A stretch of 64,000 bases of DNA from Candidatus Poribacteria bacterium (lineage in GTDB: Bacteria; Poribacteria; WGA-4E; WGA-3G): assembly GCA_965246985.1 (NCBI GenBank), contig OZ251998.1:4191381-4255380 (forward strand). The letters are read 5' to 3'. Every line of letters starts with the position of its first letter. Positions within the stretch are counted from its first letter, which is position 1. The notes under the pieces are model-generated. The model saw nothing but the letters and a program-made list of their open reading frames with translations, searched no databases and was not told the DNA's origin. Below are positions 9,041 through 17,916 of this stretch, in pieces. A program made the position numbers and the translations under genes.

Positions 9041-9850
9041 ATGAAAAAGCCAATATTTTTGATTCTTATCGGTATAGGCGTTCTGCTTCTCGTCGGCGGG
9101 ATCGTTTTTGTGGTCCCGTGGTTCGGTAAAATGATGGATGAGATGGAACAGATACACGCGCAACAAGCACAACACAGGCGCGCATTGGAAGCGTCCGCCC
9201 GCGAATCGCTGACTGAAGACCAAGAAACACTGCTGTCACAACTTCTTGAAGCCACGGGGGAAACAGACACATCTCAAAGTCCAAACAACTTAGAAAGTCT
9301 CTTATCAAGCGAACCGTATCTCACCTATTTAAAAACGCAAGAAGGACAGGACTACGAAAACTTTATGGCGTACGTTGACGCAATACCGACAGAAAATATG
9401 AGAACCGTTGCGCTTTCCAGAATCAAAGCGACCCTCGGAGCAGATAAAAGCGATGAAGAATTACAAGTGTGGCTGAACTACTACTTTATTGTTCGTGAGT
9501 GGGGGACCACAGTTCAGAACCCGCTTGATAACATGAAGGAACTCAACCAGCTCCAGCAGACACACCTAATTGAACCATTGATGGAAAATGATTCCGAAAT
9601 ATCTGGCTTGTCCACTCAAATCGTACAAATCGGTCTGTCTTCTATATTCATGACAGAGGATAATAATGTGTTTCAAGAGGTTTGGCGCGAACGCTTAGAG
9701 ACACACGGGGAACAAGAGGGACTGCTGCTGTGTGCTGTTGCATCTCCCGGTGAATTCGCGCTTATGCGTTCCTTTTTCGCGGATATGGCAGCATTCCAAA
9801 CATGGATTCTCACACGTCCTGAACCTGAAGTGCAAAACTCAGAACAATAA
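9041..9850 (+). CDS. hypothetical membrane-anchored protein, paralog of 2955-3815
   Basis: RBS AAAAAGGAG precedes the ATG at 9041. The ORF is open from 8975. N-terminal TM segment. Paralogous to 2955-3815. Confidence 0.6.
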   Translation: MKKPIFLILIGIGVLLLVGGIVFVVPWFGKMMDEMEQIHAQQAQHRRALEASARESLTEDQETLLSQLLEATGETDTSQSPNNLESLLSSEPYLTYLKTQEGQDYENFMAYVDAIPTENMRTVALSRIKATLGADKSDEELQVWLNYYFIVREWGTTVQNPLDNMKELNQLQQTHLIEPLMENDSEISGLSTQIVQIGLSSIFMTEDNNVFQEVWRERLETHGEQEGLLLCAVASPGEFALMRSFFADMAAFQTWILTRPEPEVQNSEQ

Positions 9851-9863
9851 AATCTGTTAGAAA

Positions 9864-9911
9864 CTGGCACCCGACGATTCTTGAAAAACGTACTCGGTGC
9901 CAGTTTTTTTT
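9864..9911 (+). terminator. rho-independent terminator candidate
   Basis: CTGGCACCCGA ... TCGGTGCCAG stem followed by a T8 run. Confidence 0.55.
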
Positions 9912-10073
9912 GCAGCACACAACTCATCCATACTGGCAAATTCAATGGTTCATGGATACGCTAACATCATTATTTGGATCTCCACATAATTTATTCTATA
10001 TTTCCCAATTTTAATTGATTTTTTTCAAAGCCTTCGGATTAAACCCCGTAGGCTATTTTTATTGGAGAGAAAA

Positions 10074-11915
10074 ATGGATACCAACAATACACATTCCCCC
10101 AACACAGAATCAGAATCCCGTCCGTCTGCAATAAAGACGCTGCGCCGCTTCTTCTTCGTCGCTTGGCACGCCAGCCGATTCGGAGCGATTGCGCAAGCTC
10201 TTCTGACACTTGTACACGGGTGCATTCCTATAGGGATCCTCTGGGCAAGTCGGGAACTGGTGAATCTCATCGCTGCGATTCTCGACAAGGAAACGGATCC
10301 GAGTTTAGAGACCGCAGCACCATGGGTGATTGCATTGGTTCTTTTGGCAATGTTGCGAAATATAGCAGGCACTTGTGATGGATACCTGCAATGGAAGATG
10401 AAAAACCTTATCGGACTCCACCAGCAGCGCGCCTTACTTGAAGCCACGACGCATATCGACTTTGCCGTTTTTGATCAACCGCAGACGTACGATTTGATAC
10501 AACGGGCGCGACAAGCCTTGGGGCATCGGCTCACTAACCTGCTGCGATTTCTAACGGAGATTGGGCAACTCTGTGTAACACTTGTAGGCTATGGTATCAT
10601 CCTATGGGTAGCGGATCCGTTGCTCGTACTCGTAGTAGTGTTACCCGCTATACCCTCCGCTTGGCTTAAAGTTAGGGCAGCCGAAGGGAGGTACAGCCAC
10701 GATTACGAAGCGACACCTGTACGGCGTATGATGGATTACATGCTGAGTCTACTACTGGGCTCCTCTTCTGGACAGGAAGTGCGACTCTATGGGCTTTTCG
10801 GGACGCTCTTTGGACGCTGGCAAACGAATCATCAAAAATGGAAGAAAGAATCGCTTGCAAAAATCTGGACGGAAGCGAGGGCATCCATCGGTACAACTAT
10901 CGCCGAAGTCGTTGCTTATGCAATAGCGATTGGAATTCTCGCTGCGCGTATTGTGGAAGGCAATCTCACGCTTGGGGATTATGTGATTCTTACCGGCACC
11001 GCTGCATTCTTCCAAGGTGATCTTGAGGGATTGCTTTCCCAAATACAAAACATACTTGAAGACGTACCCTTGCTTCGTGATTTGCATCTCCTCTTAGAAC
11101 GCGCCAAAACAACTCGCACACAGTCAGGAACCGAGATATTTCCGCAGCCTCTACAACATGGCGTAGAGGTCAGCAATTTACGCTTCCGATATCGGGGTGC
11201 AACTGACGATGTACTACAAGACATAAACTTTCATGTACGTCCCGGTGAGATAATTAGCATCGTAGGTGTTAACGGTGCAGGCAAATCAACACTTATCAAA
11301 CTACTGCTCGGATTATACCAGCCTGATGATGGAACAATCCGATATGATGACAAAAATATCGCCGCAATTGCCCCGGAACAGATAGCCCTGAACTGTGCCG
11401 CCGTTTTCCAAGACTTTGCGAGGTTTCGTAGACCTGTGCGAGAAGAATTGGTGCCAGGTCCACCAAACCTCCATATTGACGACGACGCGCTCTGGCGCGT
11501 CATCAATGCGGTTGGCATCGAGGAACGTTTTCAAACCCTTCCGCACGGCTTGGATACTTTCCTTGACCCTTCACTCGGTGAAGAAGGTGAAGGTGCAGAG
11601 TTATCTGGTGGAGAATGGCAAAAAGTCGCACTTGCACGGGCTTTAGTCAGAAATCCGCAAGTCCTTGTTCTTGACGAACCGACTGCAGCGTTGGATCCAC
11701 AGGCTGAAGTCGAACTCTACCAACGTTTCGTTGAACTTGCTGCTGGACGGATGACATTCTTGATTTCACATCGAATCGGATCCGCGCGTCTCGCTGACCG
11801 TATCTTGGTATTAGATTCGGGTCGTATTGTTGAAGACGGCACACATGAAGCGTTACTTGCCCGAAATGGGCTCTACGCCAGATTTTTTCAAGCACAAGCA
11901 CACTGGTACCAATAA
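10074..11915 (+). CDS. ABC transporter, fused permease/ATP-binding protein (type I exporter, MsbA-like)
   Basis: Six-TM N-terminal half. Walker A GVNGAGKST, signature LSGGEWQKVALARAL, Walker B LVLDEPTAALD. ATG at 10074 with a GGAGAG RBS (the ORF is open from TTG at 10062). Confidence 0.9.
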   Translation: MDTNNTHSPNTESESRPSAIKTLRRFFFVAWHASRFGAIAQALLTLVHGCIPIGILWASRELVNLIAAILDKETDPSLETAAPWVIALVLLAMLRNIAGTCDGYLQWKMKNLIGLHQQRALLEATTHIDFAVFDQPQTYDLIQRARQALGHRLTNLLRFLTEIGQLCVTLVGYGIILWVADPLLVLVVVLPAIPSAWLKVRAAEGRYSHDYEATPVRRMMDYMLSLLLGSSSGQEVRLYGLFGTLFGRWQTNHQKWKKESLAKIWTEARASIGTTIAEVVAYAIAIGILAARIVEGNLTLGDYVILTGTAAFFQGDLEGLLSQIQNILEDVPLLRDLHLLLERAKTTRTQSGTEIFPQPLQHGVEVSNLRFRYRGATDDVLQDINFHVRPGEIISIVGVNGAGKSTLIKLLLGLYQPDDGTIRYDDKNIAAIAPEQIALNCAAVFQDFARFRRPVREELVPGPPNLHIDDDALWRVINAVGIEERFQTLPHGLDTFLDPSLGEEGEGAELSGGEWQKVALARALVRNPQVLVLDEPTAALDPQAEVELYQRFVELAAGRMTFLISHRIGSARLADRILVLDSGRIVEDGTHEALLARNGLYARFFQAQAHWYQ

Positions 11916-12456
11916 TACCAAATTAACCCCATTTGTAGCGCGAGGTCCCTGTGCCTCGCAATGCTGACTTGATCAAAAAGATTCTAAGCAAGTTAAGTTG
12001 GTATCATACCAAATTAACCCCATTTGTAGCGCGAGGTCCCTGTGCCTCGCAATGCTGACTTGATCAAAAGACTTCTAAGCAAGTTAAGTTGGTATCATAC
12101 CAAATTAACCCCATTTGTAGCGCGAGGTCCCTGTGCCTCGCAATGCTGACTTGATCAAAAGATTCTAAGCAAGTTAAGTTGGTATCATACCAAATTAACC
12201 CCATTTGTAGCGCGAGGTCCCTGTGCCTCGCAATGCTGACTTGATCAAAAGATTCTAAGCAAGTTAAGTTGGTATCATACCAAATTAACCCCATTTGTAG
12301 CGCGAGGTCCCTGTGCCTCGCAATGCTGACTTGATCAAAAGATTCTAAGCAAGTTAAGTTGGTATCATACCAAATTAACCCCATTTGTAGCGCGAGGTCC
12401 CTGTGCCTCGCAATGCTGACTTGATCAAAAGATTCTAAGCAAGTTAAGTTGGTATA
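11915..12456. repeat. tandem array of six 90-91-bp units of the IS630-related MITE (family M91)
   Basis: Unit ATACCAAATTAACCCCATTTGTAGCGCGAGGTCCCTGTGCCTCGCAATGCTGACTTGATCAAAAGATTCTAAGCAAGTTAAGTTGGTATC repeated head-to-tail six times. It starts at the stop codon of the upstream ABC gene and ends 21 bp before the next ABC start. Confidence 0.9.
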
Positions 12457-12477
12457 AAAAGCAAAGAGGATTCTGGA

Positions 12478-14337
12478 ATGCAGAACGATAATGGAAAATT
12501 GAAGACATGGGGATTGGCTGCCAAAGAAAGTATCATCGCATACTTCCGAACTTTTGCGATCGTCTGGAAGAGTGGTGCACTCGCGCTTGTGGGTATGATG
12601 CTTCTCACGTTATCACTTGGTGTCCTGCCCGCCGGTGATTATTTCGTGACGAAGCACTTAGTCAATGCAATTACCGCTGCTATAGGTGATGCTAACTGGT
12701 GGCGACAAGTTCTCCCGTGGCTTTTAGGTCTCCTCGGTTTACAAATTTATAGTACGCTTGCAGACCAGTTACGAGAACCGCTGCGCTTCTACGTCCGCGA
12801 AAACATTGAAGTTTGGATTAGTGAGGGTATCGTTCGCAAATCCAATACAATGGAGCTGATTGAATTCCAGACACCTGAATTTCAAAACGCGCTTGCGCGC
12901 GCTCGCACCATGTCTGGTGTAGAACTTGAAGAAATTGTTTGGTGGATCGTTGACAGCATTCAACAATTAATCAGTGTCATTGCGCTCGGTATCATACTGT
13001 GGGGTCTCCATCCATTGTTAGCGTTGCTCCCTACGGTGACCGGTTTAGCTTCTTGGTGGAGTGGTTCACGTTTTGCTGCTGACACCTACGATCTTGATGT
13101 CCAACAGACATCAAAACGGCGAGAGCGAGACGCGTTAGAAGGTATTCTAACGGATCGGGGCGCGGGCAAAGAAGTCCGGTTATATCAAGCGCAGGACCTA
13201 TGGATAGACCGCTGGCAAAGGCTATGGAGAGAATTAATACAGGGACAGCAGGCAATTGAACGTCGCAAAGTTTTTGCACATCTCGCGATCGACATCTCAC
13301 GCGGTTTGTTGTTCGCTTGTTCACTTATTCTATTATTGCTACAAGTCTTTCGGGGTGGGTTGACCATCGGTGAGTATATCGCCGCTGCTACCGCCATCGT
13401 CAGCTTGGACGGCATCTGGAACAGTGTCGCGAGTTATTTTCAGTGGATAGCAGACGATATGCGCCGTTTGTCAGGAGATTTGTACGCGTTTTTGGATCAC
13501 GATGCAGACACAGCATCCGGGTTGAAAACGCCTCCGACAAGCGGATCCCCGTCGGAATCTTATAAAAATTCGTCTTTGATAGCCACACAAGAACCGTCGT
13601 ATCTTCAGATAGAAAACGTTTCATTTCTCTATCCAAATGCGCAAGAGCCAGTGCTAAGCCACGTAAACCTCACATTGAAAAAAGGAGAGCGAGTGGCACT
13701 CGTTGGACCCAATGGTGCGGGGAAATCCACATTGGCACGCCTACTTCTTGGGCTATACAGTCCGCAAACAGGTGTAATTCGTGTGGAGAATATACCCTTA
13801 AATGAAGAAAATCGTCAGGAGTGGTTGAAGCATTGTAGTGCGGTGTTTCAGGATTTCACCTGCTACCACCTCACCGCACGCGAGAATATCATCTTTGGCG
13901 ACTTAGAACATCCTGAACGTATGGAAACGGCAGCAACCGCAGGAGGTGCAGTTTCCGTTATAGACGGACTTGCCGCAGGTTACGAGACTGTGTTAGGACC
14001 CACTTTTGGGGGGCGCGACCTCTCCGGCGGCGAATGGCAACGTATCGCGACAGCAAGGGGTTTTATGCGAGAAACGCCATGGCTGGTGGTTCTTGATGAA
14101 CCGACTGCTGCACTGGACCCATTAGCCGAACAGGCGATCTATGAACGATTTATTGAACGGAGTGCTGGACGTACATCAATGATAATTTCGCATCGACTGT
14201 CTTCAGTCCGCACTTGTGATCGGATTCTTGTCCTTGATAACGGAACAATCATTGAGGACGGGGATCATGAAACGTTATTGGCAAAAGATGGACTTTACGC
14301 CAAGTTCTTCAAGGCACAAGCACAATGGTATGTTTAA
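12478..14337 (+). CDS. ABC transporter, fused permease/ATP-binding protein (paralog of 10074-11915)
   Basis: GPNGAGKST, LSGGEWQRIATARGF, VVLDEPTAALD. RBS AAGAGGA. Confidence 0.9.
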   Translation: MQNDNGKLKTWGLAAKESIIAYFRTFAIVWKSGALALVGMMLLTLSLGVLPAGDYFVTKHLVNAITAAIGDANWWRQVLPWLLGLLGLQIYSTLADQLREPLRFYVRENIEVWISEGIVRKSNTMELIEFQTPEFQNALARARTMSGVELEEIVWWIVDSIQQLISVIALGIILWGLHPLLALLPTVTGLASWWSGSRFAADTYDLDVQQTSKRRERDALEGILTDRGAGKEVRLYQAQDLWIDRWQRLWRELIQGQQAIERRKVFAHLAIDISRGLLFACSLILLLLQVFRGGLTIGEYIAAATAIVSLDGIWNSVASYFQWIADDMRRLSGDLYAFLDHDADTASGLKTPPTSGSPSESYKNSSLIATQEPSYLQIENVSFLYPNAQEPVLSHVNLTLKKGERVALVGPNGAGKSTLARLLLGLYSPQTGVIRVENIPLNEENRQEWLKHCSAVFQDFTCYHLTARENIIFGDLEHPERMETAATAGGAVSVIDGLAAGYETVLGPTFGGRDLSGGEWQRIATARGFMRETPWLVVLDEPTAALDPLAEQAIYERFIERSAGRTSMIISHRLSSVRTCDRILVLDNGTIIEDGDHETLLAKDGLYAKFFKAQAQWYV

Positions 14338-14377
14338 GGATATGCCTTTCAGCTTGCAATAGACGAGGTGGGAGCTA

Positions 14378-15259
14378 CTACTTCTGCTTAATATTTTCCG
14401 CCAAGATTTCAATTAACTCTGCCAATGTCGGGAACTCGTCACGTGCCTCCGGTGGAAGGTCTGCAAGGTGGGTGTCACCGATGAAGCGGTACATATCTGC
14501 TGCACCTTTCAAAATATTCGGTGTCAATCCGACGTATGCAAAAGTCGCGGAGATCTCTTCCATCTCACCTATCCAGCGTCTCGCCTTCGGTGGCATACTC
14601 GGCAGCCCTCTTTCCATCCGCTCAAAAAGTGCTGATTGACTCAATTGAAACTCTGCTGTGAGTGCATCCGAAACTCCCAATAGAGATGCCGCAGTGAGCA
14701 ATTCTGTGCAGAGCGCGGTCAACCCTTTTGTCAGGGAGGCATAGCACATCTTAATTGCAGAGGCAAGCCCTATCTCGTCGCCAAGCGTGCGGACATCTAA
14801 CCCGTAATTGTTGAGTTCGGAGAACGTGTCAAGCTGCGGTCCTGATGCATAGAAACGCGTTGTTCCCGGTGTGCGAGGCGGTGGACCGATGATAGACGCA
14901 TCAACAAAAGTCCCGCCTGCAGCAGTGATAATATCCCCCAATTCACGAACCGTCTGTGGTGCGATAGCATTGCAGTCGGCATACGTCAGCGTCGTGTCAA
15001 CCTGTTGCAATGCCTCAGCCACTACTGATGCAGCGGACTTTGCTTGTGCAGGCACCATGATTGAAAGGATAAGGTCGGCTTCAGTAACGAGTTGCGGATA
15101 CGTCCGGACATCTTCAATACCTGCCTTCTCTGCAAGCGCATGGGTGCGTTGACTCCGATCCTTTAGACACGTGATAACGCGTAAACCGTTCTGACAGAGG
15201 ACACCGCCAACGGTATGTCCCATATCGCCAGGGCTTAAAATTCCGACAGTGTTGGGCAT
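14378..15259 (-). CDS. NAD(P)-binding oxidoreductase, 6-phosphogluconate/3-hydroxyisobutyrate dehydrogenase-like (DUF1932-type)
   Basis: N-terminal Rossmann motif GILSPGDMG. Start placed at MPNTVGIL, preceded by AAGGGGAG (the ORF is open further upstream but would overlap the neighbouring gene). Confidence 0.55.
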   Translation of the reverse strand: MPNTVGILSPGDMGHTVGGVLCQNGLRVITCLKDRSQRTHALAEKAGIEDVRTYPQLVTEADLILSIMVPAQAKSAASVVAEALQQVDTTLTYADCNAIAPQTVRELGDIITAAGGTFVDASIIGPPPRTPGTTRFYASGPQLDTFSELNNYGLDVRTLGDEIGLASAIKMCYASLTKGLTALCTELLTAASLLGVSDALTAEFQLSQSALFERMERGLPSMPPKARRWIGEMEEISATFAYVGLTPNILKGAADMYRFIGDTHLADLPPEARDEFPTLAELIEILAENIKQK

Positions 15260-15276
15260 AGATTGTCTCCCCTTTT

Positions 15277-16323
15277 TCAAATATGAGCACCAACAGTGTT
15301 GAGTGCCTTGAATATTAATATTGCACCGAGTAGGATAACGACAGCGGCACTGAAAATCGGTAAGCGTTGTAACCAGATACCTTCGCCTGTAAAACGCTGA
15401 ATCAACGGCTTCGCCATCACCATCAGGATGCCGATAGCAACCAACACGGCGGCAAGTCCCAATGAGAAAGCACATAGGATAATCAGACCCCAGGTAAGTT
15501 TATTGAGGCTGATAGCAAATAAAAGCCCGATGAGTGCATCGACACACGGTACAATGCCACCGGAGATACCGAGCGATAGCAAACCCCAAAAACCGGTCCG
15601 TTCCGGCGGGACATGGCTATGCGTCCGCCCTCCATGACTGTGTGAATGATCATGCCCAGGGTTATGCGCGTGGTCATCATCATGCGGGTGTGCGTGGTCA
15701 TGCCCGTGATCGTGGTCGTGTGGATGTGAATCATCGTGGTCATGTCCATCGTCGTGTCCGTGCGAATGATCGTGACTGTGTGCGCTGCCGCTATAATACT
15801 GTTTCATATTTTTAGTAAGCAGCCACGCGCCAATACCAACAATCAAGACACCAGAGAACAGACTCAACCACGGAACGACATCCTCCGGTGCAAATCCTTG
15901 TGCTACCAGCATGACGATTCCGAGTACAATGACGCTGAAAGTGTGTGTAAAGGTAACGACAATCCCAAGGAAAACTGCGTCAATTACCCTGCCTTTAGAA
16001 CCGACGAGGTAAGCAGCGACTATGGCTTTTCCGTGTCCCGGTGTCAATGCGTGCAAGCCGCCAAGCACGAATGAGATAGCGAGCGCAGCAATTGCAAATC
16101 GGAGGGTAAGGGGTTGGGTCATAAACTCCTTTATCCGGTCACCTGAATGTTCATGACCTTCATCCGCAAAAACCGACACGCACACGACAATACCGATAAA
16201 AATAATTGTGGCTTGCAATACGCGCTTACAAGCTGCACTACCAAAACAAAGATGTTGAAGCATAAAAAATCCAATTGTTCTCAATAACGCACCGGTCTCA
16301 TCAGAAACCGATGATCTGACCAT
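15277..16323 (-). CDS. RcnA-like nickel/cobalt efflux transporter with His/Asp-rich loop
   Basis: HALTPGHGK and GGIVPC motifs align with E. coli RcnA HGLEPGHSK and GGLIPC. A loop of about 55 aa is almost entirely H/D/G (HSHDHSHGHDDGHDHDD...). Start uncertain (alternative Met at 16263). Confidence 0.7.
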   Translation of the reverse strand: MVRSSVSDETGALLRTIGFFMLQHLCFGSAACKRVLQATIIFIGIVVCVSVFADEGHEHSGDRIKEFMTQPLTLRFAIAALAISFVLGGLHALTPGHGKAIVAAYLVGSKGRVIDAVFLGIVVTFTHTFSVIVLGIVMLVAQGFAPEDVVPWLSLFSGVLIVGIGAWLLTKNMKQYYSGSAHSHDHSHGHDDGHDHDDSHPHDHDHGHDHAHPHDDDHAHNPGHDHSHSHGGRTHSHVPPERTGFWGLLSLGISGGIVPCVDALIGLLFAISLNKLTWGLIILCAFSLGLAAVLVAIGILMVMAKPLIQRFTGEGIWLQRLPIFSAAVVILLGAILIFKALNTVGAHI

Positions 16324-16336
16324 CGGTCAGATCATA
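16308..16336. promoter_or_regulatory. 12-bp-arm perfect palindrome overlapping the rcnA-like start codon
   Basis: GATGATCTGACC-ATC-GGTCAGATCATAG. Candidate operator for a metal-responsive repressor. Confidence 0.35.
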
Positions 16337-16368
16337 GCGACATCCAATAATTAAAAAATCAAAACTTA

Positions 16369-17217
16369 TTAAATCCTCGCGAATTTTTGGAAACGCCTAT
16401 CCGCAACGACCTCGCTGACATAGATGTCTCCGCTTGAATCAATCCAAATGCCGTGCGGCGAATCGCTGAATTGTCCGGGAGCATCACCCTTCTCACCCCA
16501 CCGTCCGATAACCTCTCCATCAAGTGTCATGATGCTAATGCGTTGGCCACCTTCGGCAATGTGAATGATATTATCGCTATCAATGAAGAGATCGTTCGGG
16601 GAACGGAGGTCTGTCCACTCGGTCAGGTATTCACCACTGTTATTAAAGATCTGACAGCGCAGGTTCCCACGGTCAAGAATATAGACGCGGTCGTTATGGT
16701 CTACAGTAACATCGTGTGGCAGATTAAATTCACTGGGTCCTGTGCCGGGTGCCCCCCACGAAACGATCACTTCCCCCTCGGCAGTCATCCGGTGTACCCG
16801 TGATTGTCCATAGCCATCAGAGACGTACATCTCCCCAGATACAGAGAGGACAGCGCGTGTCGGCTGGTTAAAGGGAGTTCCCGGTGCACCCGGTTGATCG
16901 ACAGTCCCAAACGTCTGCAATAATTCCCCATCAAGCGAGAACTTTCGCACCGTATGATCAACGGTATCGGTGGTATAGATCTCATCATCTGGACTCATCC
17001 AGATGCCGTGAGGTTTCTGGAAGATATCCTTACCCCATTCGGTAACGAATGTGCCATCAGCCTCGAAAATCAGCATAGCGGGTTGTGGGCTACGGTTGTA
17101 GACATAGACGCGATCGTTTGAATCACACGCCACGCCGGAAACGAGTCCAAGTTGGGGTATCATGCCCCATCCTTCAACGACTTCATACTGATAATTCCCT
17201 GTTCCAAAAGTTGCCAT
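16369..17217 (-). CDS. NHL-repeat beta-propeller protein
   Basis: Six repeats of the NHL type (..DRVYV.., IYV(S/T)D, ..GQF..P.GI). Confidence 0.7.
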   Translation of the reverse strand: MATFGTGNYQYEVVEGWGMIPQLGLVSGVACDSNDRVYVYNRSPQPAMLIFEADGTFVTEWGKDIFQKPHGIWMSPDDEIYTTDTVDHTVRKFSLDGELLQTFGTVDQPGAPGTPFNQPTRAVLSVSGEMYVSDGYGQSRVHRMTAEGEVIVSWGAPGTGPSEFNLPHDVTVDHNDRVYILDRGNLRCQIFNNSGEYLTEWTDLRSPNDLFIDSDNIIHIAEGGQRISIMTLDGEVIGRWGEKGDAPGQFSDSPHGIWIDSSGDIYVSEVVADRRFQKFARI

Positions 17218-17231
17218 GGTAATGCCTCCTG

Positions 17232-17894
17232 TTAATTACTGACGTTTACGTACTTAGCAACAATAGACTTCAGAATCTGGACGATGCATTCTGCTTCCCA
17301 AACGCCGTCGTATCTGGGCGAAAATTCAATGTGGAGGGTCGGTTTTTCGGTTTCAATGTCACCAACGACTCCACGCACAAATGTCCAATCGTCAGTGATA
17401 GTGTAGCATCCAAAAATTTCTTGTTCAGTGTTAGGGCTATTTTCCCAATTGAGCCATGCGGCGGCGAGCATTTCGCCATAGAGCTGGAATTGGGGGTTGG
17501 GTGCATTGATGCCGCGTTTTGCCTCATGCACAATGAGATAAGGCGGTTCAATTCTACCGCCAACGGAGGGAGCAAGTGCGCCATCAGCTTCGCCTTCAAG
17601 TTCAAAAGCGGGGTACGTGGCTTTGAGAGGGACACTTGCCCAGGCTTGAACTTGTCCCTGTTCTGCCAAACGTAACAACGGATAGATCGCCCGTCCCCAA
17701 ATTGTAGCTTCGTTCATAATTGGTAGATGGGACCGGTGCCTGTCTGACTTGAAGTACTCAAGTAGTATCCTCTCTTCTGGTGTCAGGGACATCTGCATTT
17801 TCCCCCATGCTTCCAAGTCCCCATCTGCTTCGTGTAGGGTGACAAGTGCGTTAAGCGTCTCTTCGGTGAGTTGTGAGAAAGCATACGTGCACAT
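17232..17894 (-). CDS. hypothetical protein
   Basis: 220-aa ORF with no recognised motif. Co-directional and closely spaced with the neighbouring NHL genes. Confidence 0.45.
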   Translation of the reverse strand: MCTYAFSQLTEETLNALVTLHEADGDLEAWGKMQMSLTPEERILLEYFKSDRHRSHLPIMNEATIWGRAIYPLLRLAEQGQVQAWASVPLKATYPAFELEGEADGALAPSVGGRIEPPYLIVHEAKRGINAPNPQFQLYGEMLAAAWLNWENSPNTEQEIFGCYTITDDWTFVRGVVGDIETEKPTLHIEFSPRYDGVWEAECIVQILKSIVAKYVNVSN

Positions 17895-17916
17895 AATTCA
17901 AAACCTCCTTCCCAAG

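Noticed and set aside
10025-11546. Multiple 70-140-aa antisense or alternative-frame ORFs within the ABC transporter gene
   Set aside because: They are nested in a strongly supported CDS with conserved ABC motifs, and carry no motifs themselves.
12064-12384. 106-aa ORF on the minus strand with an internally repeated peptide (MGLIWYDTNLTCLESFDQVSIARHRDLALQ x3.5)
   Set aside because: It is a straight translation of the tandem 91-bp MITE array. The repeat period happens to preserve a frame. There is no RBS and no independent support.
11915-12456. Possible CRISPR array (regularly repeated about 90-bp units)
   Set aside because: The units are contiguous with no unique spacers, are far longer than CRISPR repeats, have TA-flanked terminal inverted repeats, and occur as solo copies elsewhere. 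This is a MITE array, not CRISPR.
15483-15815. Small ORFs with His/Thr/Met or Arg/His-rich low-complexity peptides
   Set aside because: They are alternative-frame or antisense readings of the DNA encoding the His/Asp-rich loop of the RcnA-like protein.
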